Assembly: GCA_964403185.1 (NCBI GenBank)
Contig: CAYOFK010000004.1
Coordinates: forward strand, 1-38,114
Length of the DNA: 38,114 nucleotides
Source of the DNA: an uncultured Rikenellaceae bacterium
Lineage (GTDB): Bacteria > Bacteroidota > Bacteroidia > Bacteroidales > VadinHA17
Direction: 5' to 3'
Of the stretch, positions 16,170 through 25,596 are shown piece by piece. The translations under genes and the position numbers were made by a program. Each line of letters begins with the position of its first letter. Positions within the stretch are counted from its first letter, which is position 1. The notes below the pieces were generated by a model that did no database searches, was not told the DNA's origin, and saw only the letters and a list, made by a program, of their open reading frames with translations.

Positions 16170-17831
16170 ATGAAAAAAGAAGGAGAGTCCCGTGAATCCC
16201 TGAATTTCATTGAGCAAAAAATTGAAGACGACATCCGGAATAAAAAGAACCGGGGACTAGTGGTTACCCGTTTTCCTCCGGAACCGAACGGATACCTTCA
16301 TATCGGGCATGCCAAATCTATCTGTCTGAACTTTGGGTTGGCTCAAAAATACGGAGGAAAATGTCATCTGCGTTTTGACGATACCAATCCCGAAAAAGAA
16401 GAAGAAGAATATGTACAGTCCATCATGAAGGATATAAAATGGCTTGGATTTGAATGGGAAGGTGAGGCCAGGTATGCCTCCGGTTATTTTGATCAATTGT
16501 ATGAATGGGCAGAAAAAATGATCCTGGGCGGAAAGGCTTATGTAGATGATCAGAGTGCTGAAGAGATCGCCACACAAAAAGGCTCTCCCACGGCCCCGGG
16601 TCAGGAAAGTCCTTACCGGGATCGCACTCCGGAAGAGAACCTGGCCTTTTTCAGGGACATGCGGGAGGGAAAATATAAGGAAGGAGAAAAAGTTCTCAGA
16701 GCTAAAATTGACATGGCCTCACCGAACATGCATATGCGCGATCCCATCATGTACCGTATTATGTTTAAAACACACCACCGAACCGGAAATAAATGGTGTA
16801 TTTACCCCATGTATGATTATACGCACGGGCAATCGGATTACATTGAGGGGATCACCCATTCACTGTGCACCCTTGAATTCGAGGTCCACCGCCCCTTGTA
16901 CGACTGGTTTCTCGATCAGATCATCACCACTGATTACCGTCCTGAACAAACAGAATTTGCCCGGCTCAACCTGAGTTATACGGTCATGAGCAAACGGATG
17001 CTTCTTGAACTGGTTGAGGAAGGCTTTGTAAGTGGCTGGGACGATCCGCGCATGCCCACCATTTCCGGATTCAGGAGAAGGGGCTATACAGCTGCCTCTA
17101 TCAGGAATTTCTCCGACCGCATAGGGGTAGCAAAAAGGGATAATATGATTGATGTAGCCCTCCTTGAACACAGTGTGCGTGAAAACCTCAACAAAATAGC
17201 ACCCAGGGTCATGGCCGTACTGGATCCACTGAAGGTAATCATTACCAATTACCCCGTGGGTGAGGTCGAAGATATGGCGATCACCAATAATCCGGAGGAT
17301 GAAAGTATGGGATTACGGACCATACCCTTCTCGCGTGAGATCTATATTGAACGAAACGATTTCATGGAAGATCCCCCGGAAAAATTCTTCCGTCTTGCAC
17401 CGGGCGCTGAGGTGCGTTTGAAAAGTGCCTATATCATTAAATGTGATGAGGTTGTAAAGGATGCCTCAGGAAAAATTATTGAACTCCGTTGCAGCTACGA
17501 CCCGGAAACCCGTAGTGGATCGGGCGTCAGCAGAAAAGTGAAAGGCACTTTGCACTGGGTTTCCGTTGCACACGCAATAGACGCTGAAGTACGTTTATAC
17601 GACCGGCTCTTTACGGTTGAGGATCCGGATGGGGCAAAAGATAAAGGGTTTAAGGAATTGCTGAACCCACACTCTCTTGAGGTCATCAACAATGCCAAAA
17701 CCGAACCCTCCCTGAAAAGCGCAAAAGCCCTGGAACATTTTCAGTTTCAACGCCTGGGATACTTCAATGTAGATCCGGATTCAAAAGATGGCAAGCTGAT
17801 ATTCAACCGCACCGTTCCTTTACGGAGATAG
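16170..17831 (+). CDS. glnS: Glutamine--tRNA ligase
   Basis: Class I motifs TRFPPEPNGYLHIGHAKS (HIGH) and LSYTVMSKRML (KMSKS-like), plus GlnRS-typical LNFIEQKIEDD near the N-terminus. I chose the ATG at 16170 by comparison with GlnRS N-termini. Alternatives are the ATG at 16092 and the GTG at 16074. Confidence 0.93.
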   Translation: MKKEGESRESLNFIEQKIEDDIRNKKNRGLVVTRFPPEPNGYLHIGHAKSICLNFGLAQKYGGKCHLRFDDTNPEKEEEEYVQSIMKDIKWLGFEWEGEARYASGYFDQLYEWAEKMILGGKAYVDDQSAEEIATQKGSPTAPGQESPYRDRTPEENLAFFRDMREGKYKEGEKVLRAKIDMASPNMHMRDPIMYRIMFKTHHRTGNKWCIYPMYDYTHGQSDYIEGITHSLCTLEFEVHRPLYDWFLDQIITTDYRPEQTEFARLNLSYTVMSKRMLLELVEEGFVSGWDDPRMPTISGFRRRGYTAASIRNFSDRIGVAKRDNMIDVALLEHSVRENLNKIAPRVMAVLDPLKVIITNYPVGEVEDMAITNNPEDESMGLRTIPFSREIYIERNDFMEDPPEKFFRLAPGAEVRLKSAYIIKCDEVVKDASGKIIELRCSYDPETRSGSGVSRKVKGTLHWVSVAHAIDAEVRLYDRLFTVEDPDGAKDKGFKELLNPHSLEVINNAKTEPSLKSAKALEHFQFQRLGYFNVDPDSKDGKLIFNRTVPLRR

Positions 17832-17986
17832 GGACAGCTTCTTTTTATGCATGATCTTCCCCGGACAGCATTGTTTCAGGTGTACTTATTTGGAGGAAAC
17901 TTTGACTCCTTCATTGTAAGCTCGCAAGAATTTTGTATTTTCCTGCCCTCTCTTATAAACCTAATATTTTGCCAGGAGGAAAACTC

Positions 17987-19054
17987 ATGAGAACCATATC
18001 ACGCAGAAATTTTTTTAACAAATCCGTCGGGCTTAGCGCCGGAGCCATATTTTTTAAAAGCCTGCCTCTGTTTGGAGCCCAAAAGGGGGAAACCATGCCA
18101 ATGATCATTACTGACCACACCAATGAAACCGGCAAACAGGCCATGGAGGTGGGTTGGAAGATCCTTGCCGAAGGCGGTCTGGCTATTGATGCCGTTGAAA
18201 AAGCTGCCAATGTTATTGAAGTGGATCCTGTGGATGCCAGTGTGGGTTATGGTGGCCTGCCCAACGAGGCCGGAGTGGTGCAGTTGGATTCTTCAATCAT
18301 GGACGGCCGCACCTATAACGCAGGGTCTGTAGCCTGTCTTGAAAATATTAAAACCCCTTCTTCCGTGGCCCGCATCGTCATGGAACGTACCGATCATGTG
18401 ATGCTGGTCGGACAGGGAGCGCTGGAATTTGCAAAAAAATGGGGATTCAAGGAAGAAAACCTGCTCACTGAAAAGGCCCGCAAGATCTGGCTTCGCTGGA
18501 AGGAGAATGTAAGTAAGACTGACGATTGGGGCCCTCCGGATCATTTACGGGATATCGAAAAGCTTGAATCTTACTGGCAGGGTTTTCCTGAGGTTGAACA
18601 CCATTATGGAACCACCAATCTTCTGGCTGTGGACCAGAATGGCGATGTGGCAGGAATTACCACAACAAGCGGGCTCAGTTTTAAAATTCCCGGCAGAATC
18701 GGAGATTCACCGGTTATTGGAGCCGGGCTTTATGTGGATAATGCGGTGGGGGCAGCAGGAGCTACCGGACGGGGCGAGGATGTGATCAAATCCTGCGCAT
18801 CCTACTACATTGTCCTGCGCATGAAAGATGGCCGCAGCCCTCAGCAGGCATGTGAGGATGCCTTGCATATGATCATAGACAAATACAAGCACATCAATCC
18901 CAATTTTTTTCCCAGTGAAAAGTTTGTAGCCATCAACAAATGGGGTGAAATGGGCTGTGCCTCCATGCGCGGCAGCAGGGTGCCGGCCATGTCTGTACGC
19001 ACTGAAAAAGGGGCTGATAAATACCAGGGTAAAGTGGCCTACCCGGATAAATAG
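17987..19054 (+). CDS. Ntn-hydrolase asparaginase family protein (glycosylasparaginase / isoaspartyl peptidase-like, Asparaginase_2), secreted
   Basis: Twin-arginine-like signal MRTISRRNFFNKSVGLSAGAIFF. Family motifs GYGGLPNE, HYGTTNLLAVDQNGDVAGITTTSG (Thr nucleophile region) and GDSPVIGAGLYVDN…GATGRGEDV. AGGAGG lies 7 nt before the ATG. Confidence 0.8.
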   Translation: MRTISRRNFFNKSVGLSAGAIFFKSLPLFGAQKGETMPMIITDHTNETGKQAMEVGWKILAEGGLAIDAVEKAANVIEVDPVDASVGYGGLPNEAGVVQLDSSIMDGRTYNAGSVACLENIKTPSSVARIVMERTDHVMLVGQGALEFAKKWGFKEENLLTEKARKIWLRWKENVSKTDDWGPPDHLRDIEKLESYWQGFPEVEHHYGTTNLLAVDQNGDVAGITTTSGLSFKIPGRIGDSPVIGAGLYVDNAVGAAGATGRGEDVIKSCASYYIVLRMKDGRSPQQACEDALHMIIDKYKHINPNFFPSEKFVAINKWGEMGCASMRGSRVPAMSVRTEKGADKYQGKVAYPDK

Positions 19055-19109
19055 TACAGCTCTTAACACCGCCTGGAGGTTGGACTGAAATATTAAGCAT
19101 ACAGCAAAA

Positions 19110-19140
19110 GAAGCTGCCATTGATGAGGCGGCTTCTTTTT
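19110..19140 (+). terminator. Rho-independent terminator after the asparaginase gene
   Basis: GAAGCTGCC (19110-19118) pairs with GGCGGCTTC (19127-19135), including one G-U pair and an 8-nt loop. A TTTTT run follows (19136-19140). Confidence 0.65.
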
Positions 19141-19286
19141 GTTAATAAATGTTATCCATTCATCCTGACTTCTTAAAATGTGTTAATTCCCGGATTGTTT
19201 TAAGCTTTTTTAACAATACTTTTTTTGGCCCTCTGAGTAATGGATATAGATTTCGATCAAAAACGAAATCCCGAAAAATCCATCTT

Positions 19287-19814
19287 ATGAAAAACTTTAA
19301 ACTTTTGATCCTGATTTTTTTCTTACCAGCCTTTTGCCTGGGAATCAATGCTCAGGAGCCCCTTAAGATCGGACATGTAACAACAGTAGATATATTACAG
19401 GCTCTGCCTGCAAGCGACAGTGCTCAAACCCTGCTTGAGAAAGACCGGAAAGATTTTGAAAGCATGCTTGAACAAATGGACGTGGAATACAACCGGGTAG
19501 TGGAAGATTACAAAACAAACCTTTCCGGCTACTCTCAGGTGGTCCGTGATGCCAGGGAAGCAGAGATCCTGGATATGCAGGATAAAATCCAAACCTTCCG
19601 GAATAATGCCTCATTGCAATTGCAACAACGCAATATGGAATTGTTTCAACCCATTTACGATAAGCTGCAAAAAGCCATCGACCGGGTTGCATCCCAACTC
19701 CGTTTCACCTATATTCTTGATGTCAGTAAAGGTTCTGTAGTATATATATCTGCCTCAAGCCAGGCGATTGATTCACTTGTTTTAAAAGAGCTGGGTGTGG
19801 GATTGCCAAACTAA
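19287..19814 (+). CDS. OmpH/Skp-family periplasmic chaperone
   Basis: Signal peptide MKNFKLLILIFFLPAFCLGINAQE. Long coiled Q/E/K-rich body (…LQLQQRNMELFQPIYDKLQKAIDRVA…FTYILD…) typical of OmpH. The ATG at 19287 is preferred over the upstream ORF-track start. Confidence 0.75.
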   Translation: MKNFKLLILIFFLPAFCLGINAQEPLKIGHVTTVDILQALPASDSAQTLLEKDRKDFESMLEQMDVEYNRVVEDYKTNLSGYSQVVRDAREAEILDMQDKIQTFRNNASLQLQQRNMELFQPIYDKLQKAIDRVASQLRFTYILDVSKGSVVYISASSQAIDSLVLKELGVGLPN

Positions 19815-20192
19815 CAATACGCCGGACTACCGTAAGTGGCCCGGCGATTTCATACAAATCCTTCTGTGAGGTCATATATCTAACTTCTGGCTTTTGCCAG
19901 GGGTTCAGGAGGGTTATGATCACAGCTCCGACCCCCGATACCATACAAAAGAAACTGCCATACCCATGAAGGTTAATTGCTGATTGCATACATCCATTGC
20001 AGGAAAGGTTTTTCTCAAAATCTCACCAGATCATGCTTGCCAACCCCCTTGATTTCATTTAGGGAATGAAAATTGCGGTAATGAAACAATAACGTTGAAT
20101 CTGTTAAGTTGATTAATTAGCAAAACCGCCGGATCTCATCCTGGAATTTTCTTTGATCTGGCAATAAATATAATAACCCTGATTCACTTGGC

Positions 20193-21458
20193 ATGAAAAA
20201 AATCATTCTTGTTATTTGCAGTATTATATGTTTTTCCCCATTGTTCTCACAAACCGATTCTTCTTCCGTTAACAGAAAAGACGCTCTTAATATTTTCCTG
20301 GATTGTATGTTTTGTGACCAGAGTCATATACGAAGGGAGATCCCCTTTGTTAACTATGTGAGGGACCGGCTGGAAGCCCAGCTGCACGTGATGGTTACCA
20401 TGCAGATGACCGGGGCAGGAGGTGTGGAATACACATTTCATTTTCTGGGACAGCAGGAATTTGATAATGTGAATGATACATTGGTATTTGTCAGTTCATC
20501 TGATGATACTGGTGAAAATATTCGTGAAGGCCAGGTCAGGACCCTAAAGGCCGGATTGATACAATATGTCGCAAAAACACCCCTTATTGAAAATATCAAC
20601 ATCTCATATACAGAAAAAATTGAGGAAGAGGTTAAAGATGATCCCTGGAACAGTTGGGTATTCAGAGCCCGGATAAATGGTTCTGCAGATGGACAGAAAA
20701 CCTATAAAAGCTGGAGATTAAGTGGTTCTGTGAGAGCCAGCAGAGTCACCCCGGAATGGAAGATAGAAATGGATGCTTATTATTCACGATATGAGAATTC
20801 CTATGAGATTGGTGATGAGATAATCGTTAACAGTCAGCATAATGAATCTTTTGATGCCCTTATTGTTAAAAGTTTGACTAACCATTGGTCGGCAGGTGGT
20901 GGATTTGATATGTATTCATCATACTATAGCAACTACGACCTCCGCGCAAGCCTGTCTCCCGGAATTGAGTATAATATTTTTCCCTACTCCGAATCAACCA
21001 GAAAACAACTGCGCATCCTTTACCGTGCAGGGATTGAATTCAACAATTATATTGACACCACAATTTATAATAAAATTGAGGAATTGCTTTACCTCCAAAG
21101 GTTAAGCTTAAATTTCCAGGTTACCCAGAAGTGGGGTTCAGTTTACTCCTCTTTAGGTTGGAAGAATTACTTCCACGATTGGAGAATCAATAACCTGAAC
21201 TTTTTTACTTCATTTAATATCAGGATCACAAAGGGATTGCGTTTAAACATTGGAGGAAGTGCAGGCCTCATTCACGACCAGATAAATTTACGGAAAGGAG
21301 TGGCCTCCGATGAAGAGATCCTTCTGCGCAGGCGCCAGCTTGAAACAAGTTTCAGATACAGTATTCATTTTGGTATTTCTTACACTTTTGGATCCATTTA
21401 TAATAATGTTGTCAATCCGCGCTTCGGAGGCTCCGGAGGTATGTACATTATATATTGA
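20193..21458 (+). CDS. Hypothetical secreted protein, probable outer-membrane beta-barrel
   Basis: Signal peptide MKKIILVICSIICFSPLFSQ. The C-terminal two thirds show alternating hydrophobic/aromatic beta-strand patterns (…SLNFQVTQKWGSVYSSLGWKNYF…FGISYTF…) and end in an aromatic residue. I did not recognise a family. Confidence 0.6.
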   Translation: MKKIILVICSIICFSPLFSQTDSSSVNRKDALNIFLDCMFCDQSHIRREIPFVNYVRDRLEAQLHVMVTMQMTGAGGVEYTFHFLGQQEFDNVNDTLVFVSSSDDTGENIREGQVRTLKAGLIQYVAKTPLIENINISYTEKIEEEVKDDPWNSWVFRARINGSADGQKTYKSWRLSGSVRASRVTPEWKIEMDAYYSRYENSYEIGDEIIVNSQHNESFDALIVKSLTNHWSAGGGFDMYSSYYSNYDLRASLSPGIEYNIFPYSESTRKQLRILYRAGIEFNNYIDTTIYNKIEELLYLQRLSLNFQVTQKWGSVYSSLGWKNYFHDWRINNLNFFTSFNIRITKGLRLNIGGSAGLIHDQINLRKGVASDEEILLRRRQLETSFRYSIHFGISYTFGSIYNNVVNPRFGGSGGMYIIY

Positions 21459-21813
21459 TGCCGCTATTTATAACTTAGGTTTCTGAACCTCATTGCTGAT
21501 ACCTGGTAAATCCATTCTCCCCTTCATATTTCTCCCCGGGAAACATAATAGGCCATGACCGCAAATTCAGGCTCCGGATTATCAATACCTGTACACGAAG
21601 CCAGGATATTTAAAAGAACCGGCACACAATAAAGATTTTGTAATTTCAAAGTCAGAGTGAAAGAAAGCAGCAATCTTGAGTTTGATGGGGTAAAAGGGCC
21701 CCAATCACCCGGCATGCCATTATGGCGTTAATTATGATGCCATACATGCCAATGTGTCACTCCTATTTGTTTCTCCCTCCCATTTTGTCATAAAAAACCC
21801 TATGGTATACCAT

Positions 21814-21837
21814 TTGATCTGTTGGTTAACAAATCAA
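21814..21837 (+). promoter_or_regulatory. AT-rich inverted repeat (candidate operator or 5'-UTR hairpin) upstream of hsp20
   Basis: TTGATCTGTT (21814-21823), spacer GGTT, then AACAAATCAA (21828-21837); 9 of 10 positions are complementary. It lies 39 nt upstream of the ATG and abuts a near-match to the Bacteroidetes -33/-7 promoter pattern (TTTG 21784-21787; TAccaTTTG 21808-21816). Confidence 0.3.
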
Positions 21838-21875
21838 GTATTAATTATTTAATTTAATTATAAGGAGGAAACGAG

Positions 21876-22319
21876 ATGAAAACATTAGTCAGAAGAAACA
21901 GATTCTATCCTGAAATTCCATCCCTGTTTGATGAGTTTTTCAGGAATGATTGGTTTGACAATACCAATTACGCCATTCAGGGAGGAACACTTCCTTCGGT
22001 AAACGTCAGGGAAAATGACGATGCCTACGAGTTGGAAGTGGCAGCTCCGGGAATGAAAAAAAACGACTTTAAAGTGGAGTTGGATAACAACATCCTGAAA
22101 ATTTCCAGCGAGAAAGAAGATCAGATGGAACAAAAGGAAAAGGATTACACACGTAAGGAGTTCTATTACCAGTCGTTCTGCAGGACCTTCAGCCTCCCTG
22201 AAAACAAGGTTGACGCCGGAAAGATCTCTGCCAAATACAAAGACGGGATCTTGTTCCTGAGCCTTCCCAAAAAGGAAGAAGCTAAAGTGAAGCCGGTGCG
22301 GATGATTGAAGTGGGTTAA
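21876..22319 (+). CDS. Hsp20/alpha-crystallin family small heat-shock protein
   Basis: 147 aa. The alpha-crystallin domain pattern is …PSVNVRENDDAYELEVAAPGMKKNDFKVELDNNILKISSEKE…FCRTFSLPENKVDAGKISAKYKDGILFLSLPK. A strong AAGGAGG (21862-21868) lies 7 nt before the ATG. Confidence 0.9.
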   Translation: MKTLVRRNRFYPEIPSLFDEFFRNDWFDNTNYAIQGGTLPSVNVRENDDAYELEVAAPGMKKNDFKVELDNNILKISSEKEDQMEQKEKDYTRKEFYYQSFCRTFSLPENKVDAGKISAKYKDGILFLSLPKKEEAKVKPVRMIEVG

Positions 22320-22337
22320 ATGACAGCGGTTTCAAAA

Positions 22338-22372
22338 AGAAGAGGCTGACTCAAAAGAGGCAGCCTTTTTTG
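22338..22372 (+). terminator. Candidate intrinsic terminator after hsp20
   Basis: AGGCTG (22343-22348) pairs with CAGCCT (22361-22366) and is followed by a T run (22366-22371). Confidence 0.5.
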
Positions 22373-22391
22373 TTATGATGATGGAGCCAAA

Positions 22392-22763
22392 ATGCTAAAT
22401 TGCAAATCAAACTTTGGTGTGAGTTCTGTAGAGCGATTTTGCAAATCGCTAATCGACTTACAAAGTCGATCTACATTGGCTTTTCCTCAGCCTTCACCTT
22501 CGCCTCAGCCTATATCCGACCGACCGACTGGAGCGGGCGGGCGGAACTGGCTTGAACATGTTAGGGAAAAGTGTCCAAAAGTGAAATTCATCGCCCATTA
22601 TGCATTACTTGGCCAATATGATTTCCTTGACATTTATGAGGCTCCTGATGAAAACACTGCTGCCAAGGTCTCGATAATCAGCCAGGCCAACGGGGCTTAT
22701 TCGGCACAAAGTCTTCAGGCCATTCCTTACAAGGATTTCCTGGAGCTGATCAAAGAGATTTAG
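22392..22763 (+). CDS. GYD-domain protein with a non-homologous, repeat-derived N-terminus (possibly a 5'-truncated pseudogene)
   Basis: The C-terminal ~75 aa (…KVKFIAHYALLGQYDFLDIYEAPDENTAAKVSIISQANGAYSAQSLQAIPYKDFLELIKEI) fit the GYD family. The first ~50 aa run through two 8-bp hairpins and a PSPSPQP tract, and lack the family's N-terminal strand. Confidence 0.5.
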   Translation: MLNCKSNFGVSSVERFCKSLIDLQSRSTLAFPQPSPSPQPISDRPTGAGGRNWLEHVREKCPKVKFIAHYALLGQYDFLDIYEAPDENTAAKVSIISQANGAYSAQSLQAIPYKDFLELIKEI

Positions 22764-22781
22764 ATAAGCCAATGGTGCCGG

Positions 22782-23733
22782 TTAAAACCAGAACCGGTAG
22801 TTCAATCCCACCCATTTGTGAGACATTCCGGTTTTAATCTCAGAGCTCAGGAAGTTTTGTTGAATGGTTAGTTGATGGCGACCATAATTCAGGGTTACAC
22901 CCAGGAAATGATGGAGCACCAGGGATTCTATCTGGTCTCTGGGAATGGCATAAATATTTTTTCCATTTATAAAGACACCCCCTTGTAAGGTGGCATCATA
23001 AAATACGAATTTGACAGCAGTTCCAAAATTGATATCAAACTGGAATTTTTGGTCAGTAGTCACCGTTGCAGGTATCAGATCATTAAAAAATCCCGTCATT
23101 TTTCCCATTCGGATATTTGTCCCAATCTGGTAATTGGTATATAATGATCCCAACTGTGCTTTTGATTCGATGATCCATTCAAAGTGCTTTGAAAGGCTCA
23201 GTCCTTTTTGGACTTGAAGGTTATAGTTGAGAAGGATGTCATTCCTGATCTGGTATTCCCATCCTTCCGGCGGATTAGATGGGGTTATATAGTGGATAAA
23301 GGTCTGTACCTCAGCCCCCATTGCCAGGCTCCCTATAAGACCAAGTTGCAGGCTGCCGGTAATTCTTAAAGCTTTATCAGGATCCAGGAAGGTTTTTGTA
23401 CTGGCTGACAGAGAAATAGCCGGCATAAGGACGATCAAAGGGACTTCTGTATGGATCCTGAGTATCAGCAGGGGAGTACATGCGATGTTCAACAGATAGG
23501 CCATACTTAAAAAATCCCCCTGAAGTTTTCCAAACGGGGAATAATATTTTGTTGACCGGGGATACCTTGTAAATTTCAGAGGTGTACGCAATGCTTAGGC
23601 CATTTGTATAGTACCTGTCTGTTTGCAGCCAGAAATCATTATCCCAGTGAAAACGAAGTGAATTGTTTCTCTCCCGGGCATTCCCGGTCAGTAAACAGAA
23701 AACAAATACGATCAACAAACCCGCCTTACGCAT
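22782..23733 (-). pseudogene. lpxR: Lipid A deacylase LpxR-family (DUF2219) outer-membrane protein, split by a frameshift
   Basis: Two overlapping minus-strand ORFs. 23733-23377 carries the signal peptide plus …LRFHWDNDFWLQTDRYYTNGLSIAY…DRPYAGYFSVS. 23591-22782 carries …TKTFLDPDKALRITGSLQLGLIGSLAMGAEVQTFIHYI…EGWEYQIRNDILLNYN…LNYRFWF. Together they give one ~317-aa LpxR-like protein. The frame switch maps to about 23395-23410, next to a T5 run (23393-23397). Confidence 0.65.
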
Positions 23734-23816
23734 GTTACTAAAATGAATGCATCTTAATCACAAAAAACATACCAAAAGGGAGGGCTCATACGATTAACCA
23801 CAGTAAACGGAATATT

Positions 23817-25340
23817 TCAGTGTTCTTTTTGAATGTGGTTCATGCCTATACGAAACCGTTCCATGGTTTCTTCCCTGCCAAGCAAGGCCATACTATCAAA
23901 CAAGTGCGGACCGGTACCGGCACCCATTAGAAGGAGTCTGCATACGCTGAGGATCTGACCCATATTCAGACCGTTTTTTGTGATCCAGTCTTTAACCAGG
24001 CTTTCGACATATTCCGATATGAAAGAATCTGAATCTTCAAACAGGTTTATCAGCTCTTGTATATGCCCGGGAGTATCTTTTTTCCATCTTTTCCCGATGA
24101 TCTTTTCATCATAGGCTTCCGGTCTTTTAAAGAAGAACCAGGAGTGTTCCCAAAGTTCATCAATAAAAGAAACCCGTTCTTTAATCAATCCGCAAACTTT
24201 TACAAGGTAATCATGATCTGGCGCAATATTTTTTTCTTCAAGCGATGGCCTGAACAGATCCGCCAGTTCTTCATTGCTTTTTTTCCTGAGGTATTGTTGG
24301 TTGAACCACCTGGCTTTCCCGGGGTCAAACCGGGAGCCTGCTTTAATGATGCGCTCCAGCGAAAAAGCATCTATCAGTTCTTCCATTGTGAACAACTCCT
24401 GAGTGGTCCCCGGGTTCCATCCCAGGAATGCCAGAATATTAATAAAGGCTTCAGGAAAATATCCTGCTTCCCGGTAGCCGCTTGAGATTTCACCCGTATC
24501 AGGATTCTTCCATTCAAGGGGAAATACCGGGAATCCCAAACGATCCCCATCGCGTTTACTCAACTTTCCCTTACCATCGGGTTTCAGGGTCAGAGGCATG
24601 TGCGCAAATTCCGGAGGGTCCCAGCCAAAAGCCCTGTATAACAGAATATGCAATGGTAAAGATGGCAGCCACTCCTCACCCCTGATCACGTGTGATATTT
24701 CCATAAGGTGGTCGTCCACCACATTGGCCAGATGATAGGTTGGCAATCCGTCTGATTTAAACAGGATCTTATCATCCAGGGTTGCTGTTTCCACTGAGAC
24801 CGTACCTCTGACAATATCCTGAAATTCGAGTGTTTCATCTTCCGGAACACGAAACCTGATCACATAGGATTGCCCCCCTTTGATACGGGATTGCACTTCA
24901 TCACCCGGAAGGTTCAGGCTGTTTTTCAACCGGTTCCTGAATTCTGCATTATAAGTAAAAACCGATTGTTCTTTTTCTTTTTGGGTTCTGAGGGCATTTA
25001 ATTCCTCAGGTGTGTCAAAAGCATAATAGGCATCACCGTTTTTGATTAACCTGTCAGCAAATTCCTTATACTGTCTTCCGGATTGTCTGTAAGGGCCAAA
25101 GTCCCCTCCTTCCTTCACACCCTCATCAATATGTATTCCGCACCATTGGAGGGCTTCATTAACATACTCCTCCGCTCCTTTCACATAGCGCTTTTGATCG
25201 GTATCCTCAATCCTGAGGATCATGGTTCCTCCATGTTTGCGGGCATATAAATAGTTGAACAAAGCTGTTCTCGTCCCACCAATATGTAGTGGCCCGGTAG
25301 GACTTGGAGCAAAACGCACCCTAACTGGTTTTGTTGTCAT
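23817..25340 (-). CDS. gltX: Glutamate--tRNA ligase
   Basis: VRVRFAPSPTGPLHIGGTRTALFNYLYARKHGGTMILRIEDTDQKR (HIGH region) and GKLSKRDG (KMSKS equivalent). 507 aa. Confidence 0.95.
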   Translation of the reverse strand: MTTKPVRVRFAPSPTGPLHIGGTRTALFNYLYARKHGGTMILRIEDTDQKRYVKGAEEYVNEALQWCGIHIDEGVKEGGDFGPYRQSGRQYKEFADRLIKNGDAYYAFDTPEELNALRTQKEKEQSVFTYNAEFRNRLKNSLNLPGDEVQSRIKGGQSYVIRFRVPEDETLEFQDIVRGTVSVETATLDDKILFKSDGLPTYHLANVVDDHLMEISHVIRGEEWLPSLPLHILLYRAFGWDPPEFAHMPLTLKPDGKGKLSKRDGDRLGFPVFPLEWKNPDTGEISSGYREAGYFPEAFINILAFLGWNPGTTQELFTMEELIDAFSLERIIKAGSRFDPGKARWFNQQYLRKKSNEELADLFRPSLEEKNIAPDHDYLVKVCGLIKERVSFIDELWEHSWFFFKRPEAYDEKIIGKRWKKDTPGHIQELINLFEDSDSFISEYVESLVKDWITKNGLNMGQILSVCRLLLMGAGTGPHLFDSMALLGREETMERFRIGMNHIQKEH

Positions 25341-25596
25341 ATCATTGTGGTATACATTTTACAAAGATAGTGAGTTCAACAAAACTCACTTTGTCTGAAA
25401 AAGAGAAAAACGTTGATGCCAGAATATTCCTTACATTAGCTCTGGTAAAGAAGCATGAATTAAATCTTTTTTTTACGGTTGTATTTATATTAATTTCGGA
25501 AAATAAAATGTGATGAATTGTATTCCAACCAGGAATTCTGAGCATTAAAACTGATTTAAAACTCTAACATATTAATTACCTGGCTTTATTACAAGG

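Noticed and set aside
19723-19989. 88-aa minus-strand ORF overlapping the 3' end of ompH, and the 63-aa ORF at 21524-21715
   Set aside because: I recognised no domain, signal peptide or start context. The first overlaps a supported gene. The second sits in the hsp20 upstream gap and has an unremarkable composition. They might be real small proteins, but the sequence does not support calling them.
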